Below are positions 35,701-47,417 of a stretch of DNA of 64,000 nt, in pieces. Made by a program: the position numbers and the translations under genes. The stretch is from the NCBI GenBank assembly GCA_001643675.2, contig LSRY02000018.1:62001-126000 (forward strand). Reading direction: 5' to 3'. Under the pieces are notes generated by a model. The model had not been told where the DNA came from, did not search any database, and worked only from the letters and a program-made list of their open reading frames with translations. The stretch is from Monocercomonoides exilis PA203. Lineage: Eukaryota; Protista; Preaxostyla. Position 1 is the stretch's first letter, and the number at the start of each line of letters is the position of its first letter.

Positions 35701-36240
35701 GGGCAATGGAGTGATTTGACCAGATTCCGCTTGATACGGAGATGGTCCTGATATAGTCAAATTCTTGGCAAACGATAAATCAAAAGATGAAAAAACAAAT
35801 CAGTAAACAAATTATTTTCATACCGATTGTTGAAATTCAGGCAGTGAAGGATCTTTGGGGAAAAAAAAATATTGCAAATGTTATTTCAAAAAAAAAACAA
35901 AAAAAAAATGCAAAATATTGTCCTTCATAAACAATTAAATCTGACCTCGATAATATCTTATCACATTTGGATCCATTATGTTCATCCCTCTTTGAGCCAT
36001 CGCAATTAATCTCATTGCATAAAAAAAGTCTGGCTTTGATAAAAATGGGGTATCTGGTTGTGCGCTCTGCGACCAGATGTATTTCAAAGCTTCACGAGGC
36101 AAATTTGAAGATTCCAGAAGTAAAGCTTTTGACATAGGGAAAACTCCGCGATCATTCCAAATACCAAAATAATAATTAAAACATTGCTGTTCCTCCGCAG
36201 TGTAAGGGGGACCAGATTCTCTCTTATGAGAAGTCTGCAT
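32713..36240 (-). CDS. EH-domain endocytic scaffold (Eps15/Ede1-like): two EH domains, coiled coil, Ser/Phe-rich tail
   Basis: EH1: SNLPREALKYIWSQS..FLSKPDFFYAMRLIAMAQRG. EH2: PFSIQQSEIEELRSVF..ISKDVFVAIVFL..GIEVPQQIPPAL. Coiled coil in the last exon (34410-32713). GT..AG introns. Confidence 0.8.
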
Positions 36241-36352
36241 CAGCAACAAATCTATTGCAAAATAAGTATTTATTATGGGTAAGTTTTTTCAATGAAAAAT
36301 ATCTTCAATCATGAAGATATGATTCATTTATTCGAATGAGATATAAATAAAT

Positions 36353-37865
36353 GGCATAAACATACAAAACGCGTACCAAAATATTCACTAAATATAAACA
36401 ACGGAAGTTCCGTTTCATGATTCTGTTAATATTCACTTCGTAACATCTTGCGAAAAGTGATGTGCGTGAAAAAAGATCAAAAAATATTTTCACAAAAAAT
36501 TTATTTAAATTTTTTTTATTGTTCAAATTCCGAGGAATCTTCACATGTTCCAGCTCCTAAAGGATCTGAATCCTCGCTTTCTGATTTAAAAGTTCTTCTT
36601 CAGTATCTTCTTCATCTCTGATTCCAAAAATGTCATTCATATCAGGAATTTCTTCGTTTTCATTAACTTCATCATCATCAACTTCCTATTTAAATTCATC
36701 TTCAGATTGAAAATTGATAACTTTTTCAATGAATTCTCCGAAGGAAATTAAACCTGATCTTTTCACAATGAATGTCGCAGGCACTCCAGGAATAAACCGC
36801 TCTCTCACTCCGTATAATGGAAAAAAAGATCGCAAATGTACCCACATTCCTTCGATAGTGTTCGTATTGGCTTTTGAAACGGGATCAACGTAATGACGTT
36901 TGTGGCAGACGGTTTGGTGTGTATGACCATTTTCTCCTAAGCAAGTGTGTATTTTCCACTCGTCGCTGATTATTGTTGTTCGTTCTTTGATTCGATTTTT
37001 CATCATATGAATTAGTGTCTCTTTTTTTCAATTCGGCACAATGACTCCATATTTTTTTCCTAATTCTTCTTCGCCTTTTCGTTCAACCTCTCCAAATATC
37101 CACATCAATTTTTTCTGCTTTCCTAATTCAAAAAATAGTTATTTTCACAACAAATAAATTAATATTAATGAAAACAAAATTAATATTAGATGGTAAAATC
37201 TTTTTTGTATTTCCGTCTCCTCCATGTGGCTTCATCAATTTCTACTCTTTTGCCTGCCTCTCCAATTTTTTCATTTCTGTGATTTCGATAATTCAACGCT
37301 GTCGACCTTGCAACACTTGTCCAGTACCCAATCGTCATTTGAGACACATTTAACGTCATGCCAATTTGCCAATCTTTGATTTCCAGCTAAAACACAAAAG
37401 AATCATCATCACAGTGGAAATAGGCGATTTTGAAGACTCTAGAGTGGTATTTTTAAAGAAGGAAACATTTTTCTTGCACTTCGGGCACTTCAGGAATCTT
37501 GAATGTCCCCTTCCTTTGCAGATATATTTGTCTTTTTAACAGTGTTGGCAAACTGCAAAAACCTCAGGTAAATATTGTTATATCCATTTCCAAGTTGATT
37601 CTTCAGATGAAAATGTCTCATACAGTGCATGACATTCCTTTTTGAATGGTTTTTTCCAAGACATAAAATATTTGATCGACAAAATTTTTGTGATCAAACA
37701 TATTTTTTTATGTGATTTTTTGAAAAAATTATATTTTTCATTTTGTCCAGAGGATGCAAAGCACAGACTAAAAACATAATATTCATAAACCTAGTAAGCA
37801 GTATATTGCAAAAAAATGATCGAAAGAATCAAAAATATTTGGTATGCTTATACTATGCTTATGCC
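36353..37865 (-). mobile_element. Decayed Merlin / IS1595-like DDE DNA transposon
   Basis: Fragments across frames: CQHC..CPKC zinc ribbon, KIGEAGKRVEIDE..RRRKY, WIFGEVER, TTIISDEW, VCHKRHYVDP..NTNTIEGMW. TIRs GGCATAAACATACAAAACGCGTACCAAA and GGCATAAGCATAGTATAAGCATACCAAA (22/28). TSD AAATAAAT / AAATGAAT. Stops and frameshifts present. Confidence 0.85.
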
Positions 37866-39075
37866 AAATGAATCATTCAAAATGAATTGTATTTTTTAAA
37901 GGGGTGAATTTTTCTGTTTGAGATACGGTCAAATGATTCAAATATGTTTGTTATCAAACTTTTTTTCTTTGCAAATAAAGTTCGGTGAATCACCAAACTT
38001 ATTTTTTTAACGGATCTCGTTTGATCTCATTTTTAATTAAATTTTAATATTGCTTTCTCCATATATTATTCGATTTTATGAAACAAATTATTCAAAGTTG
38101 TGAAACTTATTTTTCGAAATTGTTTAACTTCTTTTTCAAATTTTAAAATAATATAAATTGTATCAAAAAATTTGAAAAAACTGTGTTTATTTTTTGAAAA
38201 ATATGTGATGTCGTAAAACATTTTGTTATTTCATCAATGATGTTTATTTATTGTAATGAAAATCATATTTATTTTAAAATCTGATTTAGTTTTATAATGT
38301 CGAAAGAGAAACAATTTTTTAATGCTTTGTGCATAAAAAGCTTGAAAGTCGGTATTTTCCCACATATAATCACATTTTTAATAATTATAAGTGATTTTTT
38401 CAATGAAAAATATATTTTTTGATCAATAATTTGATTATTTTGATTTTTTGAAAATGTGCTCAAATAATCAAAATAATGTGTATTAATGAAAAAATTGATT
38501 TCGCAAGTGAAAAATGCGTTTTAATGAAAAAATTTTCAAAAATTAAAAGTTTCACCCAAAATTAACAGTTTTTTAAAATTAATTTTTATTTTTTTCTGTG
38601 AAAAGCAACTTCGTTAATAATCACAATCGGATATATTCACAAAAAGATGTGCAAAATCCGATGTGATTATATCCGATTTTGACTGCAAAAATATTAGCAA
38701 TCAACACTTTTGGTTCAATTCTGAATATTTCCATTAAACTTGTTAAAATTCCATCTCCCATATCATATTCAGTCTTTGCCTGAGCAGGATCTCCTGATGA
38801 TATTTGCAGCACTTGACCACTTGAATGAAATACGAAAAGACTTCACTGAAATATAGTGAAAGTTTTTGGAGAGAAACAAGACAGTTTTGCTGTTCTCTGT
38901 TCTGCATAAAGTCGGGATCCATTGAGAGTGTCGATCATCATCCTTTTATGTGATCGGCGATTGTGACTGCGTCACATGGCGTCTCTCTTTTAAAGAAGAA
39001 AAGGAAATGAGAAACGTTAACTCAATAATCTATATATTTGTGCTTTACTGAAGCACTAAATCAAAATCAAAATCA

Positions 39076-39080
<5 letters not shown>

Positions 39081-39119
<39 letters not shown>

Positions 39120-39158
39120 AAAAAAAGAAAAAAAAGAAAAAAAGAAAAAAGAAAAAAT
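39081..39158. repeat. Poly-A / (A6-7G)n tract
   Basis: Directly visible. Confidence 0.85.
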
Positions 39159-39602
39159 ATGAAGATCATTCTTTATGGACTTTCTTCTTTTTTTTGAACA
39201 AAATAATTCTTCATTTTGCATATAAAATTCATATGTGAATCACCACTTCATTTCTGTTCTTAAAGAAAAAGAAAGAAAGAAAGAGAGAGAAAGAGAGAAA
39301 TAACTGAAACTGAATTTTCATGATGTTTCATTTTGGAAAATTCTTATTGCAAAAATCAAAATAAATATCGTGAAAAACGGAAAAGGATGAAAAAAAAAAA
39401 AGAAAAAGAACAGAATATGGGATGCTTGCATGAAAAAGATAAAGAAAATGAAGTGATGCTTGTGAATTGAAATCAAGGAGAAGTATTGACTCCAAATTTG
39501 AAAAGATGTTTGTTCATATTTGAAATGAAATATGAAATGTTTTGAATTTGTAGTGAATGGAAAATTTGTAATCCTGATAAGAATGCATCCAATTTCTCTT
39601 GT

Positions 39603-42600
39603 TCATTGTGTCCACACATCGTTTTCTATCAATTCTCTCAATGATTCTTTCACTTCTGCAAATGTGAGTCTTTCATTTGGCTCATCCATCCACATCTTCT
39701 CCATCAGCTCAACCAGATCTTCTCCTTCGATTCCTTCTGCCAGTGGTCGCACTCCATCTCTCATCATCTCCTGCGCTTCTTCTGCATCACACTCGCTCAA
39801 TGGCACTTCTCCTGTTGTCATTTCATGGAGAATCAATCCAAGTGTGAAAACAACTGCTTTTTCAATTCCCTCTTCTCCAGCTTCAGGTGCCTTCCATCGC
39901 TTCATTTCTCCCTTCTCCTTTTCATCCTCTATTTTCTCTGCTAAAACAAATATTTCATTATTTCCTTCCTCAACGAAGATTGAATATGGACATAGCTGTC
40001 TTGCCATCATTTCCACTCTTTCATCTCCAACCGAAATCAAATGCTCAAAAAGTCCTGCAACTGCAATAACAACTTCCTTCCCATCAACAACATCCATTGC
40101 TCTTGTTCCCAGGGTGAAATCACCTTGTACTGAATGAATCACCGAATGCAATGTTTTGATGTTCTTTTTCTCCTTCTCTCGAAATGGCTTCTTGGATGAT
40201 ATCACATTGAATGAATGAGATCGAGGTATTCCAGAAACAAAACCATCCTCAGAAAATGGCAATGAAGATTCCAAATCTGGAAGATCATTTTCATTCAGAA
40301 TTTCATCATTGCACATTGAAGGAGGCTCAGGAAGATCTTCATCGTTTTCAATGAGAAGTGGAATTTGGCTTGTCATCCCTTCCAGCAATGTTGATGGCAT
40401 TTCACTCATCTCAAAGCTCCCCCCATTGTTTTCTCTTCTTCTCTTCTCAATCTTCTCCATTATCTGCTCATTTTCTAATCTCTCTCTTTCAACTTTCTTT
40501 TCAGTTTCCTTCAATTTCCTTCGCTGAACCACAGTCATCACAACAATCACAAATAACAGAATTATAACAATAACAATACACCCAATAAAGGCAAATAAAC
40601 TCCATTCAATTTTATCCTCTCCTTTTGAAATTATTTCATCACCTTTTGGTGGAGTGATGTTTGCATTCTTTAAAATGAATGACTGAGTTGATGATGGAGA
40701 TTCTGCATTCCCAAACAAAATATGCACACTCACTTCCATTTCATCTCCACAGCTGCTGATGAGATCCTTTGCCACACTCCCTTCAATTTCTCTCTCTGAT
40801 AAAAACCCATTTGTATCAAAATCATGTTTTTCAATTTCTTTTTCTTCTCCTTTTCTCTTCACAACCGAGAATGACAGATTGCATGGAACAAAAAGCAATC
40901 CTTTGAATGTCAGCTTCATTCTATCTGTCTCTTCTTTTGCTTCCACACTTTCCAACACAGGAATGAAGAATGACGAATCCCTCTCTGAAACAATCCCTTC
41001 AAAACTGCACACTTCATTCAACATCCAAAGTGATGTGTTATCCTTCCATCCATCTCCTCCTTTCAAACTCATCACATTCAATGTTCCTGAATCTGAACAG
41101 ATGATATTCCTTCTCAATGATTCATATCCTTCAATTGAGGGATTGTTATTCAAAAATTCTCCTTTCTCAATAATCACATTTCCTCCACTCATTGTTATTC
41201 CACCTTCTGGTGAATTCGAGATTGTTGTGTCTTTTATCACCACAGAACTCTTCACAACATCCACAAGAGACCCTTCCCATCTGCACATCTCTTCTCCTGT
41301 ATTCAAATATTCCTCATTTCTTTCCTTTGAACTCCCATCAAAAATGCAACTGTCCATTTTTGCATCCCAACAATTCTCCAATTTCATCAATTTCCCTTTT
41401 GTATTGTTTGAAATGACTCCTCCAATTGTGCAATTTGCCAATTGAATTGTCTTTTTCATTGACAAGCAAGATATCAATGATTCTTCATTTCTTTCAATTG
41501 TGATATTTTCTGTATTAACATTTAAAAGTGTCAAAGATCCACGTTCAAAAACTTTAATAAGTGAATGAGAAATCGTTGAATTGCAAATCGTTAATGAATC
41601 AACAACTGATGGAAGTTGAGAAGAAAGATGTAATGCAGATTCTTGAAGAATTAGATTTGATATTGCACATCCATCAACTTGTAATTCTCCTTCTGCCGTA
41701 TTAATGATGTGAAATGGAATGTTTGCTAATTCAGCATTTCCTTCTTCATTTATATGTTTTGATGAAAAAGAGCAATTCATCACTTCAAGAATCCCTCCTT
41801 CTGGTGAGATCAGTGATTCATGTTGAGAGTTGAAATTTAAATCAAACACAAAGTTCACTCTCACCAATGATACTGTTCCAGTTGTTGTTATCAATGCTTC
41901 CTTTGCTCTTTCAATCTCTGTTTCAACTTCAACTTTGCAAACTTCTCTGCTCTTCGAACTCAGACTCATCTCCTCCAGATTTATCTCTCCACCAATCACA
42001 CTCTCTTCAACAATGAACATCAGACTCATGAAATCTGAAGTCAGATGCATCAGTCCATAATCAATTGAATAACATGGAAGAGAATTTGCTCCACATTGTT
42101 TCTCATCCGATCCATTAACACTGCTCACAACAATTGTGTCACTCTGATGAATCGTCACAAGCCCAATCAGATCTGTGTCTCTTGGAAAGTCACAGCTATC
42201 AATTCCATATATTGCATTGCCACGAGTGTAATATCCCTCTCGAAGATCAAACTGAAATTGGCTTTCATTGATCTGAGATGAGATGTTGAAACATTCAATG
42301 AAAATATCATTCCCAACTTTTGCTGTGTTTGCACTGAACTTCATCCCCACAAATGAAAAATTCAATTCTCCTCTTTCCTTTGTTGCCAAATACACTCCTC
42401 CTCCTCTTCCTGTGCTGTTGCTGCAGCTGCAATGAGTGATTGTTGATTCGATCATCTTCATTGATCCTGATGTACCCAATGTGAAGAATATCGCCCCACC
42501 TTTTTCACTTGTTTCTGCCTTGTCTTCTGTGATGTTGCTCGAATTCACAACCAAACAAATCTTTTTCTCACTCATTGACTCCAAAATGCTTGCTCCATTG

Positions 42601-45600
42601 TCACTTCTCTTCACCCCTGAAAATGATGAATTATCAATATTGAGACTCATTTCTACACCTCCTTCATTTATCTTTGTTGTTAATTCAGATCCTTTGATCA
42701 GAAGAAGACATCCGCCGCTTTCATTCAACGATTCCACTCGAACATTCTTCAACTGGCAAGTAATTCCAGCATCATGAATGGCAAAAATACTGTTTCCAAC
42801 ATTGCACGATTCCATTGACAAATCATTCACTTCCACGCTTCCTCCAATCGCATCCACAAATACACAATCAAATCCATTGTTCACTCCAGCTTCTGAATGG
42901 AATGAACATCCAGTTATCACCAATTCTCCATTTTTGTTGGTAATAATCGTTTTGGCCGAGTTGTCAAATCCAGTTGACAGATGAAGTTGGATATTTATCA
43001 ATTCAAGATGAACGTTATTCACCATGAAATATTCCAGCTGACTTCCAATTGCCTTTTCAAAATTCAGTATCGCTTTCACATTCTCTTCTCCCATCTTCGA
43101 ATCCTTTTTGATCTTATAATTGGACATGTTGAATGAATCTCGAATAATTGTTGATCCTTCAATCTGAATTGTTTTCTTTCCAATCTCCTTTTTCATGTTT
43201 TCCATCCCTTTCCACATTGTGAAGCATGGCTCTTCTTCACTTCCACAACGCGCCACATCAAATCCTTCAGATGAGAAAAATAACTCAAATGAACTGAATG
43301 GAATCAGAAACATAAACAAATCCTTTTCTTGATGATTATTATCACTTCCCACAAACAATGTTTTATCATCTTTCATTGTCAAATAATTGAACTTGAATGA
43401 GTCATTTGTCACAGAAGTATTTAAATCATTTGCCAAAATGAACATGTTCCTCCCATATTCTGCTTTATTCTGATCAAATATCAAATTTCCTGACAACTCA
43501 AACTTTGCATCTCCATCTGCCATTGAAAGCATCATTCCTCCTCCTTTCCCTTCACTTCCACTCGTTGATGATGCGCAGCACTTCTCAAATCTAGTTGATG
43601 AAACATACAATTCAGATGGATTGTCCAACGAAACAGACAGTCCTCCTCCTCCTTTTCCGTTCTCATTCACCTCACATGAAGCGAATGAGCAATTCTCAAC
43701 CCTTATTGTATCTTTCGTTCCATCATCATCAGGACTCACACAAAGGCTTCCACCATCTCCTTTCCCTCTTGTGATATTCTCAAATGAGGTGTTCTTCAAT
43801 GTGGTTGATGAACACCTCTCAACCTGGATTGCTCCACAACTCGGCAGATCACAATTTGTGATCGAGCAATTCTGGATTGTGGCTGAGCTGCTTGTGGCAA
43901 TCTCAATCAATCCACTCACTCCATTTGATATTGTCTGGTTCATAATCACCTCATCCATCAGACACTCACAGCTCCCATTCACAACAATCACATTTCCCAC
44001 AAATCTCACTTCTCCCACATTCCCTCCACAACTCATCCCAACTATCTCCACTTTCCCTCCACTCGCACTCACAAAAGAATAATTCGCAGAATCCACTCCA
44101 CTCCCCATCTTCATCCCGCAATCAGCAAATCTCAATGTGCCTCCTGAAGAATGGATAAATGATGAATGCTCTCCAATCGATCCTCCCAATTCAAACAATA
44201 TCCCTTTCAATGTTGATGAAACGCTGTTCATCACCAGTGCTTCTTGTGTTTTTGTTTCTATTCCTCCAACTTTCAATCCAACATCTTCGTCACAAGAATC
44301 AATCTCATATGACTCCTTATTCAACTCCACTTCTTCATCAAAAGAAAATGTATTTGTCAGTCTGATCATTCTCTCTGAACTCAGATACCGATATTCACTC
44401 GCTTCTTCAATTGTTCTGCATGGGAAATCTTCATATCCACACAGTCTGAATTCACTTCCTTGTTCTCTCCCACTCACATATGCTGGCGATGAAAATGCCC
44501 GAAGAAACACAACAAGTGGAACAATCAGCTCTGTCTTGCCTCTTTCTCTTCCACAAAGTTCACTCAAATCTGCTTTATTCACCTCAACAACTGGATTGAA
44601 TCCAATTGAAGTGCTGTTGATAACAGCTGACAAGTCCTGTGCTTCCACAAACACATTCTTCCCTCCCAATGTTGCCGCACAACCATCAAAACTCGCTGTT
44701 GTGATCTCAAAGTCAAATGAGTCATCAGCCAGATTCAGCATCACCCCTCCTCCATATCCCCTGCATTTGCATTGATTGAACGAAGTTGTCCCTCCGCTGT
44801 GTGATATTGAATCTCCAATCAGAACCTTGCTTGTTGATGACGAAAGTTCCACTTTGATTCCTCCTCCATTTCCATTCACACACTCACATTCCTCAATCGT
44901 TGTGTTCCACACCACAAATGTCTCTCCTTCCTTCACACTTTTAGCCATCACAACACCATCTCCTTCTGTTGTTCGATTCACATTCCGAATTGTTACATTC
45001 CCCAGCAAACTCTCTCCAGATGTTGATTCTTCTGTTGATGGCTCTTCGAACAGAGGTTGAGTCATTGTCATATTTTCTATCTCAACATCACTCATCCTCA
45101 ACTGAGACAGCGCAATCACAAATATCGATGCTGTTATTTCACTCTCTCCATTAACACTTGACAAGATCACCACATCCTCCAATGATAGTAACCCACTCCC
45201 ATCAGACACCACAAACACACTCGGTGAAGAATCTCTTGTCGCGTTGTGATCAATTCCCACATGCCCCACCTCCAGCTGCCCGCTTGCAACACTGAACAGC
45301 GTTGTTGAAGATAATGAAAGTGATTTTGTTCCAATCATACTTTCCTCTCTTCCATTTCCCACAACACAAATTATCTTATCTTCGATGTTAATTGTTGAGA
45401 TTTCGCTTTGATGATTCCCATCCAGCACTGTGATTGAAGTGCTCAGCTGCGCTATGCTCGACTCCACTGCATGCCCCACTGTGAGGCAAGGAGCAGATTC
45501 ATTCATCCCACACAAAGCATTCGAGTCGCTTCCTCTCACCCCAACATACCGATCCTTCATCCCTTCCTTCAACCAATCCTTCTTTTCAATGTGCTCATAT

Positions 45601-47417
45601 ATCCACTTGTTTTCATTAAAATTGTATAAGTAACACACTCTCTTCTCATTTGTATTCGTTGTATACGATTCATGGAAAGGATTTTTCGATGAAAAGAGAT
45701 TGCGTTTATCTGAAAAAATCACATCGTGGCCATATGGAGTGGTATTCGTACACATGCAATCATGAAAGAAGAAGAAATAACAATAAATGTTGTTGCTTGG
45801 AGCTATTTTTTGATTTGGCCGAAAATCCAATCCTCCTCCATATATCGCAGCCTTGCAAGAAATAAACTGAATGCTCCTCATTTTGAATGCAGCTGAAACA
45901 GCTCGACAACACATCCCTCCGCCAATTTGATTTTTAAGCTCGCATGAAATGAAACTGCAGTCAAATACATATGCGCTCTCCCCTCCTCCATTTTCTTCCC
46001 CTATACATCCTGCTCCCGAAACATTAAAAGTGTCAAGATCAAGACCTCCTCCATAATAAACTGCTTCGCAATTTTGGAATTCACATCCACTGATTCTTAC
46101 ACACTGCGAAATCAAGCAAATATCCATTCCTCCACCAGCCCAAATTTGCGCAGTGCACGAGTTGAAGGTGTTGTTCTCAATTTCAACGATTTTGATTTTC
46201 CCACATGACATTCCACCTCCACGATTGTATGCAAAACAGTTGTTGAATGCACAATGTGAAACGGAAAGAGTTCCGTTCTGCAGATCGAACATGAAAATAG
46301 CCCCACCATTCGAAGCACCATCGGTGTCATCTTTAATTTCTCCTGTTGTCTTTGAACCGTTCCATTCGCACCAAATGAATGTATTTGCTCCATTGTCCGT
46401 CTGATTCTGTCTCCCTGGAGTCAACTTTCCATCTGAAGTTCCTTCATATTTCACATTTCTTGTCCGACAACATCCGATGAATGAGGAATTCGAGGCTGTC
46501 AAAGAAGAAAAAGGGTTATTGAGTGAGGGAACAATCCCACCATTATACACATCGCAAACCGATGAGAACGAGCAGCTGCTCATCAGACATAATGTTTCAT
46601 AAAAGGAAGTGGATGAAGATGAACAATCTGAAGTCGCTGTTGAAATGTTGAAAAATGTCAGATGAGTGAGTGAAACAAGAGGAATAGAAGGCGATGAGAT
46701 GAATGGTGCTGAGGAAACACAAAAAGAAGAGAAATGAGAAGAACTCACAGAAACAAAACATTTTCCAGAATATTTCCCTTCCAAGGCTTTCGAAGAAAAC
46801 AGAGAAGGAAATGCTTGCAAAAATGTGGTTGAAGATGATCTGAGTGAAATGTTGGTGAACAGCCCACAACTTCCACTCAAACAAAATGGAGATGTTTCAC
46901 TCAATGGCGCAACTTCACAATCATTCAATTCAACATGGCTCCCATGTCCTGCTTTGATAATATTTCCCCCATCATTTTGCCTCAACCCCAATGATTTGAG
47001 CTTCATCGATGAATTATGAAGAATCAAACATCCTTCAATCTCACTCTCTCCAAAATTTCTTCCCTTTTTCCACATTTCTTGCTCATCATAAATTATTGAT
47101 CCTAGCATTTTCTCACCTGAATTTTCTTCTTCTGTTCGGTTGTATCCTTCATTCAGCGTTTTAACACAATTTTTCATCCCTTTTTCGTGTTTCTCAGCTC
47201 CTTTTGTTCCATCTTCATTTCCTTTTGGAAACACTTCACACATATATTTTCCATCATTTGCGTCATTTTGGAGGATATCTTCCCAAGGGTTCTTGAGACA
47301 ATCCATATTTCGTTCATTCGTTGATTTCTCTGCTTGCTCTGCCTCAGCACTTGTGGCACCATTGCATAAGCACTGCACACATATTATGCCAATAAGCAGA
47401 CGTATTACTGACAGCAT
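39603..47417 (-). CDS. 2604-aa intronless type-I membrane protein: signal peptide, GGA/GGG beta-helix-like ectodomain, TM helix, truncated pseudokinase
   Basis: Signal-like N-terminus MLSVIRLLIGIICVQCLC. Repeated F..C.A..GGG motifs and four CG...PC.[TS] modules. TM WSLFAFIGCIVIVIILLFVIVVMTVV. Kinase C-lobe remnants RWKAPE, VFTLGLILHEMTTGEVP, MWMDEPNERLTFAEV. Confidence 0.85.
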   Translation of the reverse strand: MLSVIRLLIGIICVQCLCNGATSAEAEQAEKSTNERNMDCLKNPWEDILQNDANDGKYMCEVFPKGNEDGTKGAEKHEKGMKNCVKTLNEGYNRTEEENSGEKMLGSIIYDEQEMWKKGRNFGESEIEGCLILHNSSMKLKSLGLRQNDGGNIIKAGHGSHVELNDCEVAPLSETSPFCLSGSCGLFTNISLRSSSTTFLQAFPSLFSSKALEGKYSGKCFVSVSSSHFSSFCVSSAPFISSPSIPLVSLTHLTFFNISTATSDCSSSSTSFYETLCLMSSCSFSSVCDVYNGGIVPSLNNPFSSLTASNSSFIGCCRTRNVKYEGTSDGKLTPGRQNQTDNGANTFIWCEWNGSKTTGEIKDDTDGASNGGAIFMFDLQNGTLSVSHCAFNNCFAYNRGGGMSCGKIKIVEIENNTFNSCTAQIWAGGGMDICLISQCVRISGCEFQNCEAVYYGGGLDLDTFNVSGAGCIGEENGGGESAYVFDCSFISCELKNQIGGGMCCRAVSAAFKMRSIQFISCKAAIYGGGLDFRPNQKIAPSNNIYCYFFFFHDCMCTNTTPYGHDVIFSDKRNLFSSKNPFHESYTTNTNEKRVCYLYNFNENKWIYEHIEKKDWLKEGMKDRYVGVRGSDSNALCGMNESAPCLTVGHAVESSIAQLSTSITVLDGNHQSEISTINIEDKIICVVGNGREESMIGTKSLSLSSTTLFSVASGQLEVGHVGIDHNATRDSSPSVFVVSDGSGLLSLEDVVILSSVNGESEITASIFVIALSQLRMSDVEIENMTMTQPLFEEPSTEESTSGESLLGNVTIRNVNRTTEGDGVVMAKSVKEGETFVVWNTTIEECECVNGNGGGIKVELSSSTSKVLIGDSISHSGGTTSFNQCKCRGYGGGVMLNLADDSFDFEITTASFDGCAATLGGKNVFVEAQDLSAVINSTSIGFNPVVEVNKADLSELCGRERGKTELIVPLVVFLRAFSSPAYVSGREQGSEFRLCGYEDFPCRTIEEASEYRYLSSERMIRLTNTFSFDEEVELNKESYEIDSCDEDVGLKVGGIETKTQEALVMNSVSSTLKGILFELGGSIGEHSSFIHSSGGTLRFADCGMKMGSGVDSANYSFVSASGGKVEIVGMSCGGNVGEVRFVGNVIVVNGSCECLMDEVIMNQTISNGVSGLIEIATSSSATIQNCSITNCDLPSCGAIQVERCSSTTLKNTSFENITRGKGDGGSLCVSPDDDGTKDTIRVENCSFASCEVNENGKGGGGLSVSLDNPSELYVSSTRFEKCCASSTSGSEGKGGGMMLSMADGDAKFELSGNLIFDQNKAEYGRNMFILANDLNTSVTNDSFKFNYLTMKDDKTLFVGSDNNHQEKDLFMFLIPFSSFELFFSSEGFDVARCGSEEEPCFTMWKGMENMKKEIGKKTIQIEGSTIIRDSFNMSNYKIKKDSKMGEENVKAILNFEKAIGSQLEYFMVNNVHLELINIQLHLSTGFDNSAKTIITNKNGELVITGCSFHSEAGVNNGFDCVFVDAIGGSVEVNDLSMESCNVGNSIFAIHDAGITCQLKNVRVESLNESGGCLLLIKGSELTTKINEGGVEMSLNIDNSSFSGVKRSDNGASILESMSEKKICLVVNSSNITEDKAETSEKGGAIFFTLGTSGSMKMIESTITHCSCSNSTGRGGGVYLATKERGELNFSFVGMKFSANTAKVGNDIFIECFNISSQINESQFQFDLREGYYTRGNAIYGIDSCDFPRDTDLIGLVTIHQSDTIVVSSVNGSDEKQCGANSLPCYSIDYGLMHLTSDFMSLMFIVEESVIGGEINLEEMSLSSKSREVCKVEVETEIERAKEALITTTGTVSLVRVNFVFDLNFNSQHESLISPEGGILEVMNCSFSSKHINEEGNAELANIPFHIINTAEGELQVDGCAISNLILQESALHLSSQLPSVVDSLTICNSTISHSLIKVFERGSLTLLNVNTENITIERNEESLISCLSMKKTIQLANCTIGGVISNNTKGKLMKLENCWDAKMDSCIFDGSSKERNEEYLNTGEEMCRWEGSLVDVVKSSVVIKDTTISNSPEGGITMSGGNVIIEKGEFLNNNPSIEGYESLRRNIICSDSGTLNVMSLKGGDGWKDNTSLWMLNEVCSFEGIVSERDSSFFIPVLESVEAKEETDRMKLTFKGLLFVPCNLSFSVVKRKGEEKEIEKHDFDTNGFLSEREIEGSVAKDLISSCGDEMEVSVHILFGNAESPSSTQSFILKNANITPPKGDEIISKGEDKIEWSLFAFIGCIVIVIILLFVIVVMTVVQRRKLKETEKKVERERLENEQIMEKIEKRRRENNGGSFEMSEMPSTLLEGMTSQIPLLIENDEDLPEPPSMCNDEILNENDLPDLESSLPFSEDGFVSGIPRSHSFNVISSKKPFREKEKKNIKTLHSVIHSVQGDFTLGTRAMDVVDGKEVVIAVAGLFEHLISVGDERVEMMARQLCPYSIFVEEGNNEIFVLAEKIEDEKEKGEMKRWKAPEAGEEGIEKAVVFTLGLILHEMTTGEVPLSECDAEEAQEMMRDGVRPLAEGIEGEDLVELMEKMWMDEPNERLTFAEVKESLRELIENDVWTQ

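Noticed and set aside
38621-38990. Short coding-looking, more GC-rich patch
   Set aside because: No recognisable motif or consistent exon structure; possibly a decayed fragment.
40759-46404. Long plus-strand ORFs opposite the 2604-aa gene
   Set aside because: Antisense shadows caused by the codon bias of the real gene.
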